The notes: generated by a model from the letters alone, not told the origin. DNA of 64,000 nucleotides from Desulfonatronovibrionaceae bacterium (GCA_046539845.1 JBKHGE010000007.1:1-64000); one strand, 5' to 3'; positions 19,206-28,772 are shown, numbered from the stretch's first letter. Made by a program: numbers and translations.

Positions 19206-20129
19206 TTATCTTTTGGCCTCTTTCATCAGCTTAAACCCACCGCCCAGGGCCTGCTGAGCCACGCCGATAACGGTAAAGGCATAGGGGTCGGTCTGCCCGA
19301 CAATATATTTCAGGTCGGTCACCTGGGAGCGGCTTATGGTGCAGTAGAGCATGGTGTGCGGGCTGTCGGTGTAACCGCCGGTTATGGACCAGTAGGTTAT
19401 CCCCCGGTTAAGCCCGCTCATGAGTGCCCGGCGTAATTCAGCTGGCTTGTCGGTGATGATCAAGGCCGTACGTACGTGGCTAGCCCCTTCCAGAACGAAA
19501 TCGCTGGTAAATCCGCAGAAAAACAAAGTGATGAGGGCCAAAAGCGCCTTTTCCCAACCAAAGACCAGTCCGGCCAAAAATATGATCGCCCCATCCGTAT
19601 ACAAATAGGCCTGACTGAGGGGACAGCCGAGCTTAAGATGCAGGATGCGCCCGGTTATGCTGGTCCCGCCGATGGTCCCTCCGGCCCGGAAAATAATCCC
19701 CACGCCCAGTCCGTACACCAGCCCGGCATAGATGGCGCTCAAGAGGACATCCTCGGTTATGGGATAGGTGCGCAGTACCTCCGGCATGATCCTCCCGAAG
19801 ATATCCGTGGCAGCGGAAAAACAGATAACCGCCAGGGAAGTGGAAAATATAAATCTCCATTTGCCCAGATAGAAATAACCCAGGACCAGAAGGGGGATGT
19901 TCATCACCAAATAGAGCATGCCCACGGGCAGACCGGTGAACTCGTTTATGATAATGCCCAGACCGCTCAGTCCCCCGGCTGCCAGGTCGAACGGGACCTG
20001 GAAAAGGGTGTACCCCAGCCCGGCCAGTATGGCTCCAAAGCCGATTAAAAGCTGATAGAAGAGGGTCTTGCTCAGGGCCCGGAATTTATAGGAGGAAGAA
20101 ATAAATGGGAGTATTCTTTTCTGGGTCAT
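19206..20129 (-). CDS. YitT family membrane protein
   Basis: AAGGLSGL, NIPLL, GGTIGGT, C-terminal GITY..TGGYT...DPYAF (DUF2179-like). Confidence 0.88.
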   Translation of the reverse strand: MTQKRILPFISSSYKFRALSKTLFYQLLIGFGAILAGLGYTLFQVPFDLAAGGLSGLGIIINEFTGLPVGMLYLVMNIPLLVLGYFYLGKWRFIFSTSLAVICFSAATDIFGRIMPEVLRTYPITEDVLLSAIYAGLVYGLGVGIIFRAGGTIGGTSITGRILHLKLGCPLSQAYLYTDGAIIFLAGLVFGWEKALLALITLFFCGFTSDFVLEGASHVRTALIITDKPAELRRALMSGLNRGITYWSITGGYTDSPHTMLYCTISRSQVTDLKYIVGQTDPYAFTVIGVAQQALGGGFKLMKEAKR

Positions 20130-21829
20130 TGTTTTGCCTGTTTGACTTTAAGATTGCGAAAGCGGTTAATTGCGGCCATTATTTCCTGTTTGCGCACCTC
20201 AGCCAGATTGCCCGGGTGCCTGTCGGTATTGCCGGCCAAAATTTCCAGTCCGTGTGTCTGAATATCCCCCAGGATCTGCTCCACGGCCGCCAAAAGGAGA
20301 TTCTCGTTTTTTTTAAGGTAGTTGGGCAATATCCTTAAAATTGCTGCTATACTCCGGGTCTGGCTTTCATGCACCAGCTGCTCCAGGAGATTCAGCTCCA
20401 GGGGTTGTTTTTTAAAACGAATGGTCTGTTTGCCCTTGGCCCCGACCTTGTCCTTGGGCCCCAAGTAAAAGCTCTCCGGACTTATGCGCCGGGGGGAGAC
20501 CGGCTTGAGCGGAGTTTGGATCTCTGCTTTCCTTTCCTGAGGATATTTCTCAACGATCTCCCGGGCGGTTTCGGTTACCAGGCCCGGAGTGTAATTCTTG
20601 AGCATGATCACTGTGTCCGCTTTTCCCAGATAATCCCCGGAGCCGCCCATGACCACTACTGTGGATACATTCAGTTCGGTGTACAGCTCCCTTATCCTGT
20701 CTATAAACGGAGTGATGGGTTCGTTTTCCTTGGCCACCAGGGCCTGCATCCGGCTGTCCCGGATCATGAAATTGGTGGCGCTGGTGTCCTCGTCCACCAG
20801 AATAAGACCGGTCCCGGACTCCAGGGCTTCGACTATGTTCGCTGCCTGGGAGGTACTTCCGCTGGCGTTGGAACTGGTGAAGAACTCCGTGCTCTGGCCA
20901 CCGGGCAGGGAGTTTATAAACGGGCTTATGTCCGCTCCGGTCACAGCCCGCCCGTCCTCGGCCCGGATCTTGACCGCGCTTTTGTCGCTGACCACCCATT
21001 CCCGGCCGTCCCCGGGAATATGGTTGTACACCCCGCGTTCCAGGGCCTTTAAAAGGGTGGATTTGCCGTGATACCCGCCTCCGACAATGACCGTGACTCC
21101 GGCTGGAATACCCATTCCTTTTATTTTACCCTTATTCGGTAGTTCGAATTCGGTTTCCATTTCCGGAGGTGAAGAAAAGGAAACCGCATCTTCATTTTCA
21201 AGAGGCCGGTCGCTCACCCCGCTGGCCCGGGCTAGCATCGCTCCGTTGCCTACAAAGGCTATGAGACCTTTTTCCTGCAGACAGGGGCGCAGGTATTCCT
21301 GGTCCTCGATTGTTTGGACATGTCTTTTTATTTTTTCCGCATCCAGACTGGCGTAAAGCATGGCTCTTTCTGCTAAAAGGGGAAGTTCCCGGGACAAAAG
21401 ATCCGCTGCCTGCCGGCCCATGATCCGTCTGCCCTTGGCCGGAAGGCCTACAGCCAGCCTGGCCTCCACCTGTTCGGAATTCACCCGCATGGAGGTCCGC
21501 TCAAGAACCTCCTGACCGCAGACATCCATCTCGATTCGGAATTTTTTGTCCTTTTCCCGGTTTATCTCTTGGATAAAGGCCCGGGACAGGTAATCCTCCA
21601 GGGCGGTCTTGCGGATCGGGTTCTTAAAAAGCTCTTTCGGAAAAGCGGCCCTTTTCTGGCTTACCCGAATCCGGATTTTGCTCGGCGGGGCATAGGGGTC
21701 GCTTTGCACGTGGTCGATAAACAGCTCGCATCCCCCAAGGTCATAACGACCGCGGATATCCTTGTACGCGCCGTATCCCTTGCCGTCTATCCGGGACAGT
21801 TCCTTTTTCAACGTATTTGTATCCGACAT
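20126..21829 (-). CDS. Predicted ATPase of the ABC class (ABC_ATPase family)
   Basis: DGKGYGAYKD, HVQSDPYAPPS, GGGYHGKST, ASGSTSQAA, DEDTSATNFM. Confidence 0.85.
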   Translation of the reverse strand: MSDTNTLKKELSRIDGKGYGAYKDIRGRYDLGGCELFIDHVQSDPYAPPSKIRIRVSQKRAAFPKELFKNPIRKTALEDYLSRAFIQEINREKDKKFRIEMDVCGQEVLERTSMRVNSEQVEARLAVGLPAKGRRIMGRQAADLLSRELPLLAERAMLYASLDAEKIKRHVQTIEDQEYLRPCLQEKGLIAFVGNGAMLARASGVSDRPLENEDAVSFSSPPEMETEFELPNKGKIKGMGIPAGVTVIVGGGYHGKSTLLKALERGVYNHIPGDGREWVVSDKSAVKIRAEDGRAVTGADISPFINSLPGGQSTEFFTSSNASGSTSQAANIVEALESGTGLILVDEDTSATNFMIRDSRMQALVAKENEPITPFIDRIRELYTELNVSTVVVMGGSGDYLGKADTVIMLKNYTPGLVTETAREIVEKYPQERKAEIQTPLKPVSPRRISPESFYLGPKDKVGAKGKQTIRFKKQPLELNLLEQLVHESQTRSIAAILRILPNYLKKNENLLLAAVEQILGDIQTHGLEILAGNTDRHPGNLAEVRKQEIMAAINRFRNLKVKQAKQ

Positions 21830-22069
21830 CGATTCTCCAAGTTTTGGGCCTATATTTTGTTAAAGAGAGTTTTCACGTACTTGGCCCTCCTAATATTTTC
21901 TTTTGTCATGTCAATGCCCAATTCCGCATATCAGAAAGATGCCTGGAAAGCATTGGAAAATTAATGACGATTTGCTAAAAAAATAAAAAAAAGAGGGTTT
22001 CTCAACGTTGGATGCGGATGAAACATAAAAATCCATACTCTATGTCCAAGAGCCAAAAGGAGGAAGACG

Positions 22070-22882
22070 ATGCACAGCAGAATGCAGGAAATACTCGGCC
22101 CCCCGTTTGAACCGGTGGCTTTTTTGCTTTCCGAGGAAAAACCGGAAAAGGCCCTGCAGTTTAAAGAGGGCCGCTTCGGGTGCGTGATGTTCGCCTTTGC
22201 CAATGCGGCCAAGGGCAGGACCGCGGCTTTTGACCGCAACACTTACGGGTGCTGGGGCGGCGGGGTAGGACTCGGATTCGGAAACACCTACAAGCAGTTC
22301 CCGGGCGGTGAAGAAGGATTCAAATACTTTTTGTCCTCAGGGAACAAGGACTGGAAAGAAGGTAAAAATATTGCCGAAAACATGCGCGAGTCCGGGGCGG
22401 ACGAACATTTCCTGGATGATTTTTTGGAGGGAGAACGCTACTGCAAAGGCCCGGAAGAAGTGGGCGGGTTCATCGAGGAGCTTCCCATTCAGGAGGTCCC
22501 GGCCACATATGTCCTGTTCAAGCCCCTTTCCCAGGTGCAGGAGGGTGAAGACCCCAAGGTGATTACTTTCACGGTTAACGCGGAACAGCTCTCAGCCCTG
22601 GTTGTCCTGGCCAATTTTGCCCGTCCCGGAATAGACAATGTGCGCATTCCCTTTGCCGCAGGCTGCCAGACCATCGGACTTTTGCCCCTGGAAGAGGGCA
22701 AAAATGAAAATCCCCGGGCGGTAGTGGGCCTGACCGACATTTCGGCCCGGGCCAATGTGAAAAAACTTCTGGGCCGGGATGTTTTGAGCTTTTCCATGCC
22801 CTGGTCCCTTTTTCAGGAGATGGAGGATAACGTATCCGAGAGCTTTTTGCACCGCCCTGTATGGCAGGGACTGGTGTCCTAA
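22070..22882 (+). CDS. DUF169-like protein
   Basis: GCWGGGVGLGFG, QLSALVVLANF, PFAAGCQ, AVVGLTDISAR. Confidence 0.7.
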   Translation: MHSRMQEILGPPFEPVAFLLSEEKPEKALQFKEGRFGCVMFAFANAAKGRTAAFDRNTYGCWGGGVGLGFGNTYKQFPGGEEGFKYFLSSGNKDWKEGKNIAENMRESGADEHFLDDFLEGERYCKGPEEVGGFIEELPIQEVPATYVLFKPLSQVQEGEDPKVITFTVNAEQLSALVVLANFARPGIDNVRIPFAAGCQTIGLLPLEEGKNENPRAVVGLTDISARANVKKLLGRDVLSFSMPWSLFQEMEDNVSESFLHRPVWQGLVS

Positions 22883-22948
22883 AGCTTATTTTTGAGAGTG
22901 AACCGTTCGCTCCGTTTAATGCCTCAAAATTTTATAGCGAGGGAAGAG

Positions 22949-23266
22949 ATGTCCGAGAAGAAACTGGTGTACATGACTGCGGAAAACCAGGAGGAGGCGC
23001 AAAGTATCGCCTCAGTTCTTATTGCGGAAAAACTGGCCGCTTGTGTGAATATTTTTGCGGACATGAATTCGGTTTTTATGTGGAAAGGGGAAGTGCAAAA
23101 GGAAAAGGAAACCGCGTTCGTGGCCAAGACCACCGCGGACCGCATTCCTGATTTGATCCGCAGGGTAAAGGAAGTGCACAGTTATGAATGCCCGTGCATA
23201 GTCACCCTGCCCCTTGACGGCGGCAATCCGGAGTTTCTGGATTGGATTCAGAGTGAAACCGGGTGA
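22949..23266 (+). CDS. cutA: Divalent-cation tolerance protein CutA
   Basis: KLAACVNI, SVFMWKGEV, HSYECPCI. Confidence 0.9.
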   Translation: MSEKKLVYMTAENQEEAQSIASVLIAEKLAACVNIFADMNSVFMWKGEVQKEKETAFVAKTTADRIPDLIRRVKEVHSYECPCIVTLPLDGGNPEFLDWIQSETG

Positions 23267-23346
23267 TTAAGTGGTTGAAGGACCGGATGGTTGTGATTCC
23301 GGACTGAGCAGGGTCCGGGTTGTCGATCCTTTATGGATTTTAATAG

Positions 23347-23387
23347 TCCGGCACTCAATTTTATGCATTGAGTGCCGGATTTTTTTT
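23347..23387. terminator. Terminator hairpin between convergent cutA and cysS; shares termini with the rnpB-inserted element
   Basis: TCCGGCACTCAAT-N7-ATTGAGTGCCGGA followed by a T-run. Confidence 0.8.
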
Positions 23388-24843
23388 ATTCAAACTCCCA
23401 CACCGACCCTTCCGGGCCGTCCTTGACCAGGACACCCATGTCCTGGAGTTGATCGCGGATTTCATCCGCCCGGGAAAAGTCCTTGGCCTGCCGGGCCTCA
23501 TTGCGTTCCGAAACCAGGCTGTCTATTTCAGCCGCGTTTAATCCTTTTCTCTTGGCCTGCAAAAGTTTCAGCTCGGTCAGGAAGCTGGAGGCGTCTCCTC
23601 CCAAAATACCCAGAGGTTCGCTCCAGGAATTCAGATTGGAGAGAACGCGCCTGAAAAATTCCCGGGCATCTTCGCTTTTGCGCAGCTTCTTGTCCTCGAC
23701 AACCCGGTTGGCCAAACGGACCAGGTTGAATATCTGACCTATGGCCCCGGCGGTATTCATGTCGTCGTCCATGTCTGAGCGCCATTTGTCCTCTATCTCC
23801 TGCATTTCGTCCGTAATCTCCGAGGGAAACGGGCTCTTTTTCCAGGATTCCTTGTGCATTTCCCGCTCTACTGCCTGCTTAGCGGAATAGATCCTTTTTA
23901 TGCCCTTTTCCGCCTCTTCCATGGCCCCGGTGGAATAGTCCAGGGGACTGCGGTAGTGTTTGGTCAAAAGGAAGAAACGCAGGGTCTCCGGCTGGAAATT
24001 GTCCAGGATGTCCCGAATGGTTATGAAATTGCCCAGGGATTTGGACATCTTTTCCTGGTTCACGCGGACAAACCCGTTGTGTACCCAGTATTTGGCAAAA
24101 CTTTTGTCTTCAGCCGCCTCGCTCTGGGCCCGTTCGTTCTCGTGGTGGGGAAAGGCCAGATCCTGGCCGCCACCGTGGATGTCCAGAGGCAGGCCCAGGT
24201 ACTTCTCGCTCATTACCGAGCACTCCAAATGCCAGCCCGGGCGCCCCGGTCCCCAGGGGCTGTCCCACTTGGGTTCCTCCGGTTTGGCTGACTTCCACAG
24301 GGCAAAATCCAGGGGATCCTCTTTTTTTTCTCCTGGCTCCACCCGGATTCCGGATTGGAGCTCCTCAATATTCCGGCCGGAAAGCCGGCCGTAGTCCCTG
24401 TATTTACGGACCCGGAAATACACGTCTCCGTTGTCGGTTACGTAAGCGTAGCCCTTTTTCTCCAGTTTTTGGGCCAGCTCGATCATATCCTGGATATGCT
24501 CGGTGGCCCGGGGCTCAATGTCTGCCCGTAAAACGCCCAGCTTGTCCATATCCAGATAGTATTCCCGGATGAATTTTTCCGCTATTTTGTCCGGGTCCGC
24601 GTTTTCTTCAGCTGCCCTATTGATAATCTTATCATCTACGTCTGTAAAATTGCGGACAAAACTCAGATCGTATCCCAGCTGGCGCAGGTAGCGGACCAGA
24701 ACGTCAAAGACCACCGCGGATCTGGCGTGCCCGATATGGCAGTAGTCATAAGCGGTAATACCGCAGACATACATGTTTACTTTCTTCCCGGAGCAGGGGA
24801 CGAATTCCTGCTTCTCTCTGGCCAGTGTATTGTACAAGAGCAT
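23386..24843 (-). CDS. cysS: Cysteine--tRNA ligase
   Basis: YVCGIT, HIGH, GWHLECS, KMSKS. Confidence 0.98.
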   Translation of the reverse strand: MLLYNTLAREKQEFVPCSGKKVNMYVCGITAYDYCHIGHARSAVVFDVLVRYLRQLGYDLSFVRNFTDVDDKIINRAAEENADPDKIAEKFIREYYLDMDKLGVLRADIEPRATEHIQDMIELAQKLEKKGYAYVTDNGDVYFRVRKYRDYGRLSGRNIEELQSGIRVEPGEKKEDPLDFALWKSAKPEEPKWDSPWGPGRPGWHLECSVMSEKYLGLPLDIHGGGQDLAFPHHENERAQSEAAEDKSFAKYWVHNGFVRVNQEKMSKSLGNFITIRDILDNFQPETLRFFLLTKHYRSPLDYSTGAMEEAEKGIKRIYSAKQAVEREMHKESWKKSPFPSEITDEMQEIEDKWRSDMDDDMNTAGAIGQIFNLVRLANRVVEDKKLRKSEDAREFFRRVLSNLNSWSEPLGILGGDASSFLTELKLLQAKRKGLNAAEIDSLVSERNEARQAKDFSRADEIRDQLQDMGVLVKDGPEGSVWEFE

Positions 24844-24846
24844 CTC

Positions 24847-26043
24847 TTACCTCTGGTTGCGTTTTTTCCCGGAGACTACAGCCACAGCCTTGATCCCCAG
24901 CTTCTCCCCGGTGAAACCCAGTTTTTCTTCAGTAGTGGCCTTGACGTTTATGTGCTGGCCACTCAGGCCGGTGATCCCGGCCAGGTTCTTTTTTATCAGC
25001 GGCTTGTATTCGGTCAGGCGCGGAGTCTGGGTAATAATGGTCAGATCGACGTGGGTCAAGTTGATCCTGTTTTGTTCGGCCAGATGTAGGGCTTCGGCCA
25101 AAAACACGGAGCTGTTTCTGTCCCTGTTCTCCGGGTCGTGATCCGGGAAATGGTCTCCTATATCCCCCTGCCCGGACAAAGACAGGACCGCGTCAGTCAG
25201 GGCGTGCATAAGCACGTCCCCGTCTGAATGGGCCTCGACCTGAGGTCCGTTGGGTATGGGGATGCCTCCCAAAAGCATTTGTTTTGTCCCCCCGAATTTG
25301 TGCACGTCGTAGCCGAAGCCGGTCAGGTGGCACAGGCTGTCTTTTTCTCCTGCATTCAGGTGTCTGAGGTCGCTGGCCGTGGTTATCTTGATGTTTTTCT
25401 CCTCTCCGGGAATGGTTTTCACCCTTCCCCCGTATCTCTCCACCAAAGAGGCGTCGTCCGTGCCGGTGAATCCTTCCCGGGCCGCTGTTTTATGCGCCTG
25501 GATCAGGTTTTCTCGGCAAAAGAGTTGCGGGGTCTGGACCAGAGAGATTTCCTCCCGGGGCAGGGTGCTGTGAACGATTCCGTTGCGCACCGTCTTTGCC
25601 GTGTCCCGGCAGGGCAGGACCGGAATGATCCCGTCCTCAGAACCGGTTTCCAGGCCCTTAGCCAGATCCCGGACAAGGGCGGGGGAGAAAAAGGGCCGGG
25701 CCGCGTCATGCACCAGGACCAGGTCGCAGTCCTCAGGGATGATTTGCAGAGCATTTTGCACCGATTCCTGACGGAGCGCGCCGCCGGGAACAAACTCCAC
25801 CGGCAGGCCGGGAGCCAGGGAAGGAAGGAGCTCCTTTTGGGCCTGCTCCTTTCTAGACTCGAATTCAGAGGGGGGCAGGGCCACGCAAATCCCGGAGATG
25901 AGGGGGGATGAGCAGAGCTTGTCCACGCTATGCCAGTAGAGGGGGGCGCTGGCATAGCGCAGAAACTGTTTTTTGTCTTTATGCCCCTGCGCGCGCAGTC
26001 TGGTGCTGCTCCCGGCGGCAAGGACGACTGCCCAGATGTTCAT
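24847..26043 (-). CDS. ispDF: Bifunctional IspD/IspF
   Basis: LAAGSSTR, HDAARP, QTPQ, TDDAS; GFGYDVH, HSDGDVL, KATTEEKLGFTG. Confidence 0.95.
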   Translation of the reverse strand: MNIWAVVLAAGSSTRLRAQGHKDKKQFLRYASAPLYWHSVDKLCSSPLISGICVALPPSEFESRKEQAQKELLPSLAPGLPVEFVPGGALRQESVQNALQIIPEDCDLVLVHDAARPFFSPALVRDLAKGLETGSEDGIIPVLPCRDTAKTVRNGIVHSTLPREEISLVQTPQLFCRENLIQAHKTAAREGFTGTDDASLVERYGGRVKTIPGEEKNIKITTASDLRHLNAGEKDSLCHLTGFGYDVHKFGGTKQMLLGGIPIPNGPQVEAHSDGDVLMHALTDAVLSLSGQGDIGDHFPDHDPENRDRNSSVFLAEALHLAEQNRINLTHVDLTIITQTPRLTEYKPLIKKNLAGITGLSGQHINVKATTEEKLGFTGEKLGIKAVAVVSGKKRNQR

Positions 26044-26141
26044 TGTTTGTCTTCTCGGTTGCGGCGGCTGTTTTTTGGGGCGCGGATTTTGGGTTTATGT
26101 GTATATAAATTCGGGAGCCGGACTATAAGCCGGGTTCTGTT

Positions 26142-26255
26142 CCCCGGCACTCAGTTTATAAACATATTCTTGTTTTTTGCGGAGTCAGATATTTAAAAAT
26201 ACTGTCTCCATGTTGGTCAAAAACGTAGAATGCGTAAATAAACTGAGTGCCGGGG
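26142..26255. mobile_element. Palindromic MITE/REPIN-like element, copy 1 (forms P19 of RNase P RNA)
   Basis: 18-bp perfect terminal IR CCCCGGCACTCAGTTTAT/ATAAACTGAGTGCCGGGG; ~90% identical to 26431-26543. Confidence 0.8.
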
Positions 26256-26430
26256 CGGCTACCATTCCTCTAGGACGGGAATTTCTTCCCGCCTCCAGCG
26301 GCCCACCCGGAGACTTTGACCGGGCCGGTCTCGAGCGTCTCCCTATTTGGCCTTGCTTCAGACGGGGTTTGCCTAGCCTGTCGCGTCACCGCGACAGCTG
26401 GTGAGCCCTTACCTCACCTTTTCACCCTTA

Positions 26431-26543
26431 CCCGGCATTCAGTTTATAAACGCATTCTTTGGTTTTTGCGGAGTCAGATATTTAAAAATACTGTCTACAT
26501 GTCGGTCAAAAATTTAGAACGCGTAAATAAACTGAATGCCGGG
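26431..26543. mobile_element. Palindromic MITE/REPIN-like element, copy 2 (forms P12 of RNase P RNA)
   Basis: 17-bp perfect terminal IR CCCGGCATTCAGTTTAT/ATAAACTGAATGCCGGG. Confidence 0.8.
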
Positions 26544-26678
26544 CGGTTTGTTTCTGTGGCACTTTCCCAGGATCGCTCCTGCTGGGCGTTACCCAGCGTC
26601 TCGCCCTATGAAGCCCGGACTTTCCTCCGTTCTTCGCTCGCGAAGACCGGCGGCAGCCCGTCCGGCTCCCGAAATATC

Positions 26679-26707
26679 AGTATAATACCGTGAACCACGG
26701 ATGACAA
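26679..26707 (-). promoter_or_regulatory. Sigma70 promoter of rnpB
   Basis: TTGTCA-17 bp-TATACT about 6 nt upstream of P1. Confidence 0.85.
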
Positions 26708-26727
26708 GTTCCGGAGGTTGACGATTC

Positions 26728-27453
26728 TTATTCGGAGAAGTGCTCGTTCCAGAATATCAGACGCTGGCAATTAGGGCAGCTCAGAATCTGTTCCCCTTTT
26801 TGCAGCTCGATAAAGGATTGCGGGGGGATGCTTATGTTACAGCCCTTGCACACTCCGCCGTTTACCGGGACGATGACCGGGTTATTCAAGCGTTCCCGGA
26901 TAAAATTATATCTGGCCAGAATGGGGTCGGGCACTCTGGAACAGGCCTCTTTTCTCTGGCTTTTTAAGACCTCGAGCCTGTCCTTGATTTCTTTTTCCTC
27001 CTGGGCAAAGCTCTCTTTGTGCTCATTGAGCTCATCCTGCAGTCTGTCCAACTCACTGCTCATCTCCTCCAGCCTGGTCTCCTGGTTCTGCAAATCCTCC
27101 ATCAGTAGTGAGAGTTCCTCTTCGCGCATCCGGTTCGTCTTCTCCAGACTGTCCATCTCCCGAAGCATGGCGTGATATTCCTTGGAATTTTCCACCATCA
27201 TGAGCTTGTTCTTGCTCTTTTTTATTTTGTTGGTGTCCTCTTCGGCATCGGATTCCAGCTTTGCCTTCTGCTTGTGGAGCATGCCTACGGAATCTTCAAG
27301 GTCCTCCTTGGCGGTTTTCATCTTGTTGTACCGGTCCTGCAGCTCTTCCATATACTTCGGGGCTTCCACCAGCCTGTTTTCCAGACGGATCATCTCCGAG
27401 TCGATCTCCTGCAGTTCTACCAATTTTTTTATCTGTTCGACATACATGCTCAA
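26728..27453 (-). CDS. Coiled-coil / C4 zinc-ribbon protein (DUF164-like)
   Basis: LQEIDSE coiled coil; CKGC...CPNCQRL; usual neighbour of nif3 and rnpB. Confidence 0.88.
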   Translation of the reverse strand: MSMYVEQIKKLVELQEIDSEMIRLENRLVEAPKYMEELQDRYNKMKTAKEDLEDSVGMLHKQKAKLESDAEEDTNKIKKSKNKLMMVENSKEYHAMLREMDSLEKTNRMREEELSLLMEDLQNQETRLEEMSSELDRLQDELNEHKESFAQEEKEIKDRLEVLKSQRKEACSRVPDPILARYNFIRERLNNPVIVPVNGGVCKGCNISIPPQSFIELQKGEQILSCPNCQRLIFWNEHFSE

Positions 27454-27480
27454 TTTACGGCCTCCTAAGATAATGCTTAT

Positions 27481-28473
27481 TTAATAGATTCTGGCGCTGA
27501 ACGGATCTTTCCCCTGGATAAAGGAGATCTCCAGTCCAGGCAGTTCTGTCTGCAATTGTTTGTACCAGCAGTGCATCATTTCCTCTTCCAGGATAAAGTG
27601 CCCGGCGTCCAGGGCGAACCCCAGTTTTTCTATCTCCTGGGCCTGGTGGTATTTTATGTCACCGGTTATATAAATGTCCGCTCCCAGTCCGAATGCCTGC
27701 GGAGCAAAGTCCGCTCCAGATCCGGGACAATAGGCTATTTTTTGGATCCGTTCCGGGGGATCGCCCACGAAGCGCGTATTGGTGAGTTCCATTATCCCGC
27801 CCAAGCTGCGCAGGAAAAAATCCGGGGACATCTCCCGCTCCAGGGAGCCGTACACTCCGAATCCGAATTTTTTCACCGGAGTGCGCAGAGCAAAGGTGAT
27901 TGCCGAGTGTCGCGGATAGTTGTCTTGCAGCCAGGAGAAAACGGCCCGTTCCTGGACCGCCCAGATGGTAATTCCGCCCGTCCTTGCCGTGTCCGTTCTT
28001 TCTTCGGCAAGGACGAAGTCTTGTTTTAATTGTTCAAGCGCCTGCACCGGGAGTTCGGGGTAAAATTTTATCCTTACCGCCGGAATCTCCTGTGAGGGGT
28101 AAACGGTTCCTATCTCCTGCAATCCTAGGCTTTGGGCCAGCCACAAAGCCGGTCCATCCGGATTTGCATCCAGGGAGGTGTGCGCGGAATAGAGCCAGAT
28201 TCCTCGGCTGAGCAGGGTTTTTAATATAGTGTGATAAGAATCTATCTCTGCCGGCAGTCCGGGTTTGAGGCTCAAGGGATGGTGGCAGAGCAGAAAATCG
28301 CAATCCATATTTGCTGCCCTGGCCACTGTTTCCTCAGAGGGGTCCAGGGCAACGGCCATCCTGGAGATATCCTGTTTTTCCGAGGCCACCTGCACCCCGG
28401 AGCGGTCCCAGTCCTCGGCCAAAAACAGAGGCGCGGTCCTCTCAATCGTGTGGATTATTTCCTTGTACAGCAT
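27481..28473 (-). CDS. Nif3-like dinuclear metal centre protein
   Basis: APL.LAEDWD.SG, HHP, HTSLD, CPGSG, YITGD, DAGHF. Confidence 0.9.
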   Translation of the reverse strand: MLYKEIIHTIERTAPLFLAEDWDRSGVQVASEKQDISRMAVALDPSEETVARAANMDCDFLLCHHPLSLKPGLPAEIDSYHTILKTLLSRGIWLYSAHTSLDANPDGPALWLAQSLGLQEIGTVYPSQEIPAVRIKFYPELPVQALEQLKQDFVLAEERTDTARTGGITIWAVQERAVFSWLQDNYPRHSAITFALRTPVKKFGFGVYGSLEREMSPDFFLRSLGGIMELTNTRFVGDPPERIQKIAYCPGSGADFAPQAFGLGADIYITGDIKYHQAQEIEKLGFALDAGHFILEEEMMHCWYKQLQTELPGLEISFIQGKDPFSARIY

Positions 28474-28600
28474 AACTGGCAAAAAAAATGCTTCCCCGGT
28501 TTATTCCCCAAGGAAGCACTGTGCTTCGTTTCAGCCCCGCAACAGGCAATTGTTTGGATGACACAGTCTTGGTCAGCAATATTTCTCCTAAAATATTCGG

Positions 28601-28676
28601 TGGTGGGCCAACCAGGATTCGAACCTGGGACCGTCCGGTTATGAGCCGGGGGCTCTGCCAACTGAGCTATTGGCCC
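28601..28676 (-). tRNA. tRNA with CAT anticodon, probably tRNA-Ile2 (lysidine)
   Basis: GGGCCAATAGCTCAGTTGGCAGAGCCCCCGGCTCATAACCGGACGGTCCCAGGTTCGAATCCTGGTTGGCCCACCA; paired G1-C72 and no GGG/CCC anticodon stem, so not initiator. Confidence 0.93.
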
Positions 28677-28772
28677 CTCAACAGAAACGAAGTTTTTAAT
28701 TCTTACGCCTTGTGTTGTCAATGATTTTTTGCGTCCGGGCCGCACTGCGGGTTCGGCCCGGATCAAGGACGA

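Larger units (their letters stand above)
26110..26673 (-). ncRNA. rnpB: RNase P RNA (type A), enlarged by two inserted repeats
   Basis: Minus strand contains GAGGAAAGUCC, GUGCCACAGAAA, AAGGGUGAAAAGGUG, GGCAAACCCC, GCAAGGCCAAAUAG, ACAGAACCCGGCUUA in canonical order; P1 = UUCGGGAGCCGGAC/GUCCGGCUCCCGAA. Confidence 0.95.

Noticed and set aside
802..26543. The RAYT-like transposase as mobiliser of the rnpB element
   Set aside because: Its flanking repeat (TAGGGACAGGC...) shows no visible similarity to the element termini (CCCGGCAYTCAG...), so the sequence does not support the link.
26142..26543. The rnpB repeats as a CRISPR array or intron
   Set aside because: There are only two ~113-bp units separated by conserved RNase P sequence, with no cas genes and no group I/II intron core motifs.
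26177..26693. ORFs 26177-26404 and 26316-26693
   Set aside because: They are antisense to rnpB, and their shared peptide only reflects the duplicated element.
28483..28600. Integration site or island at the tRNA 3' end
   Set aside because: No duplicated tRNA end or integrase is seen, and the flanking genes are core.
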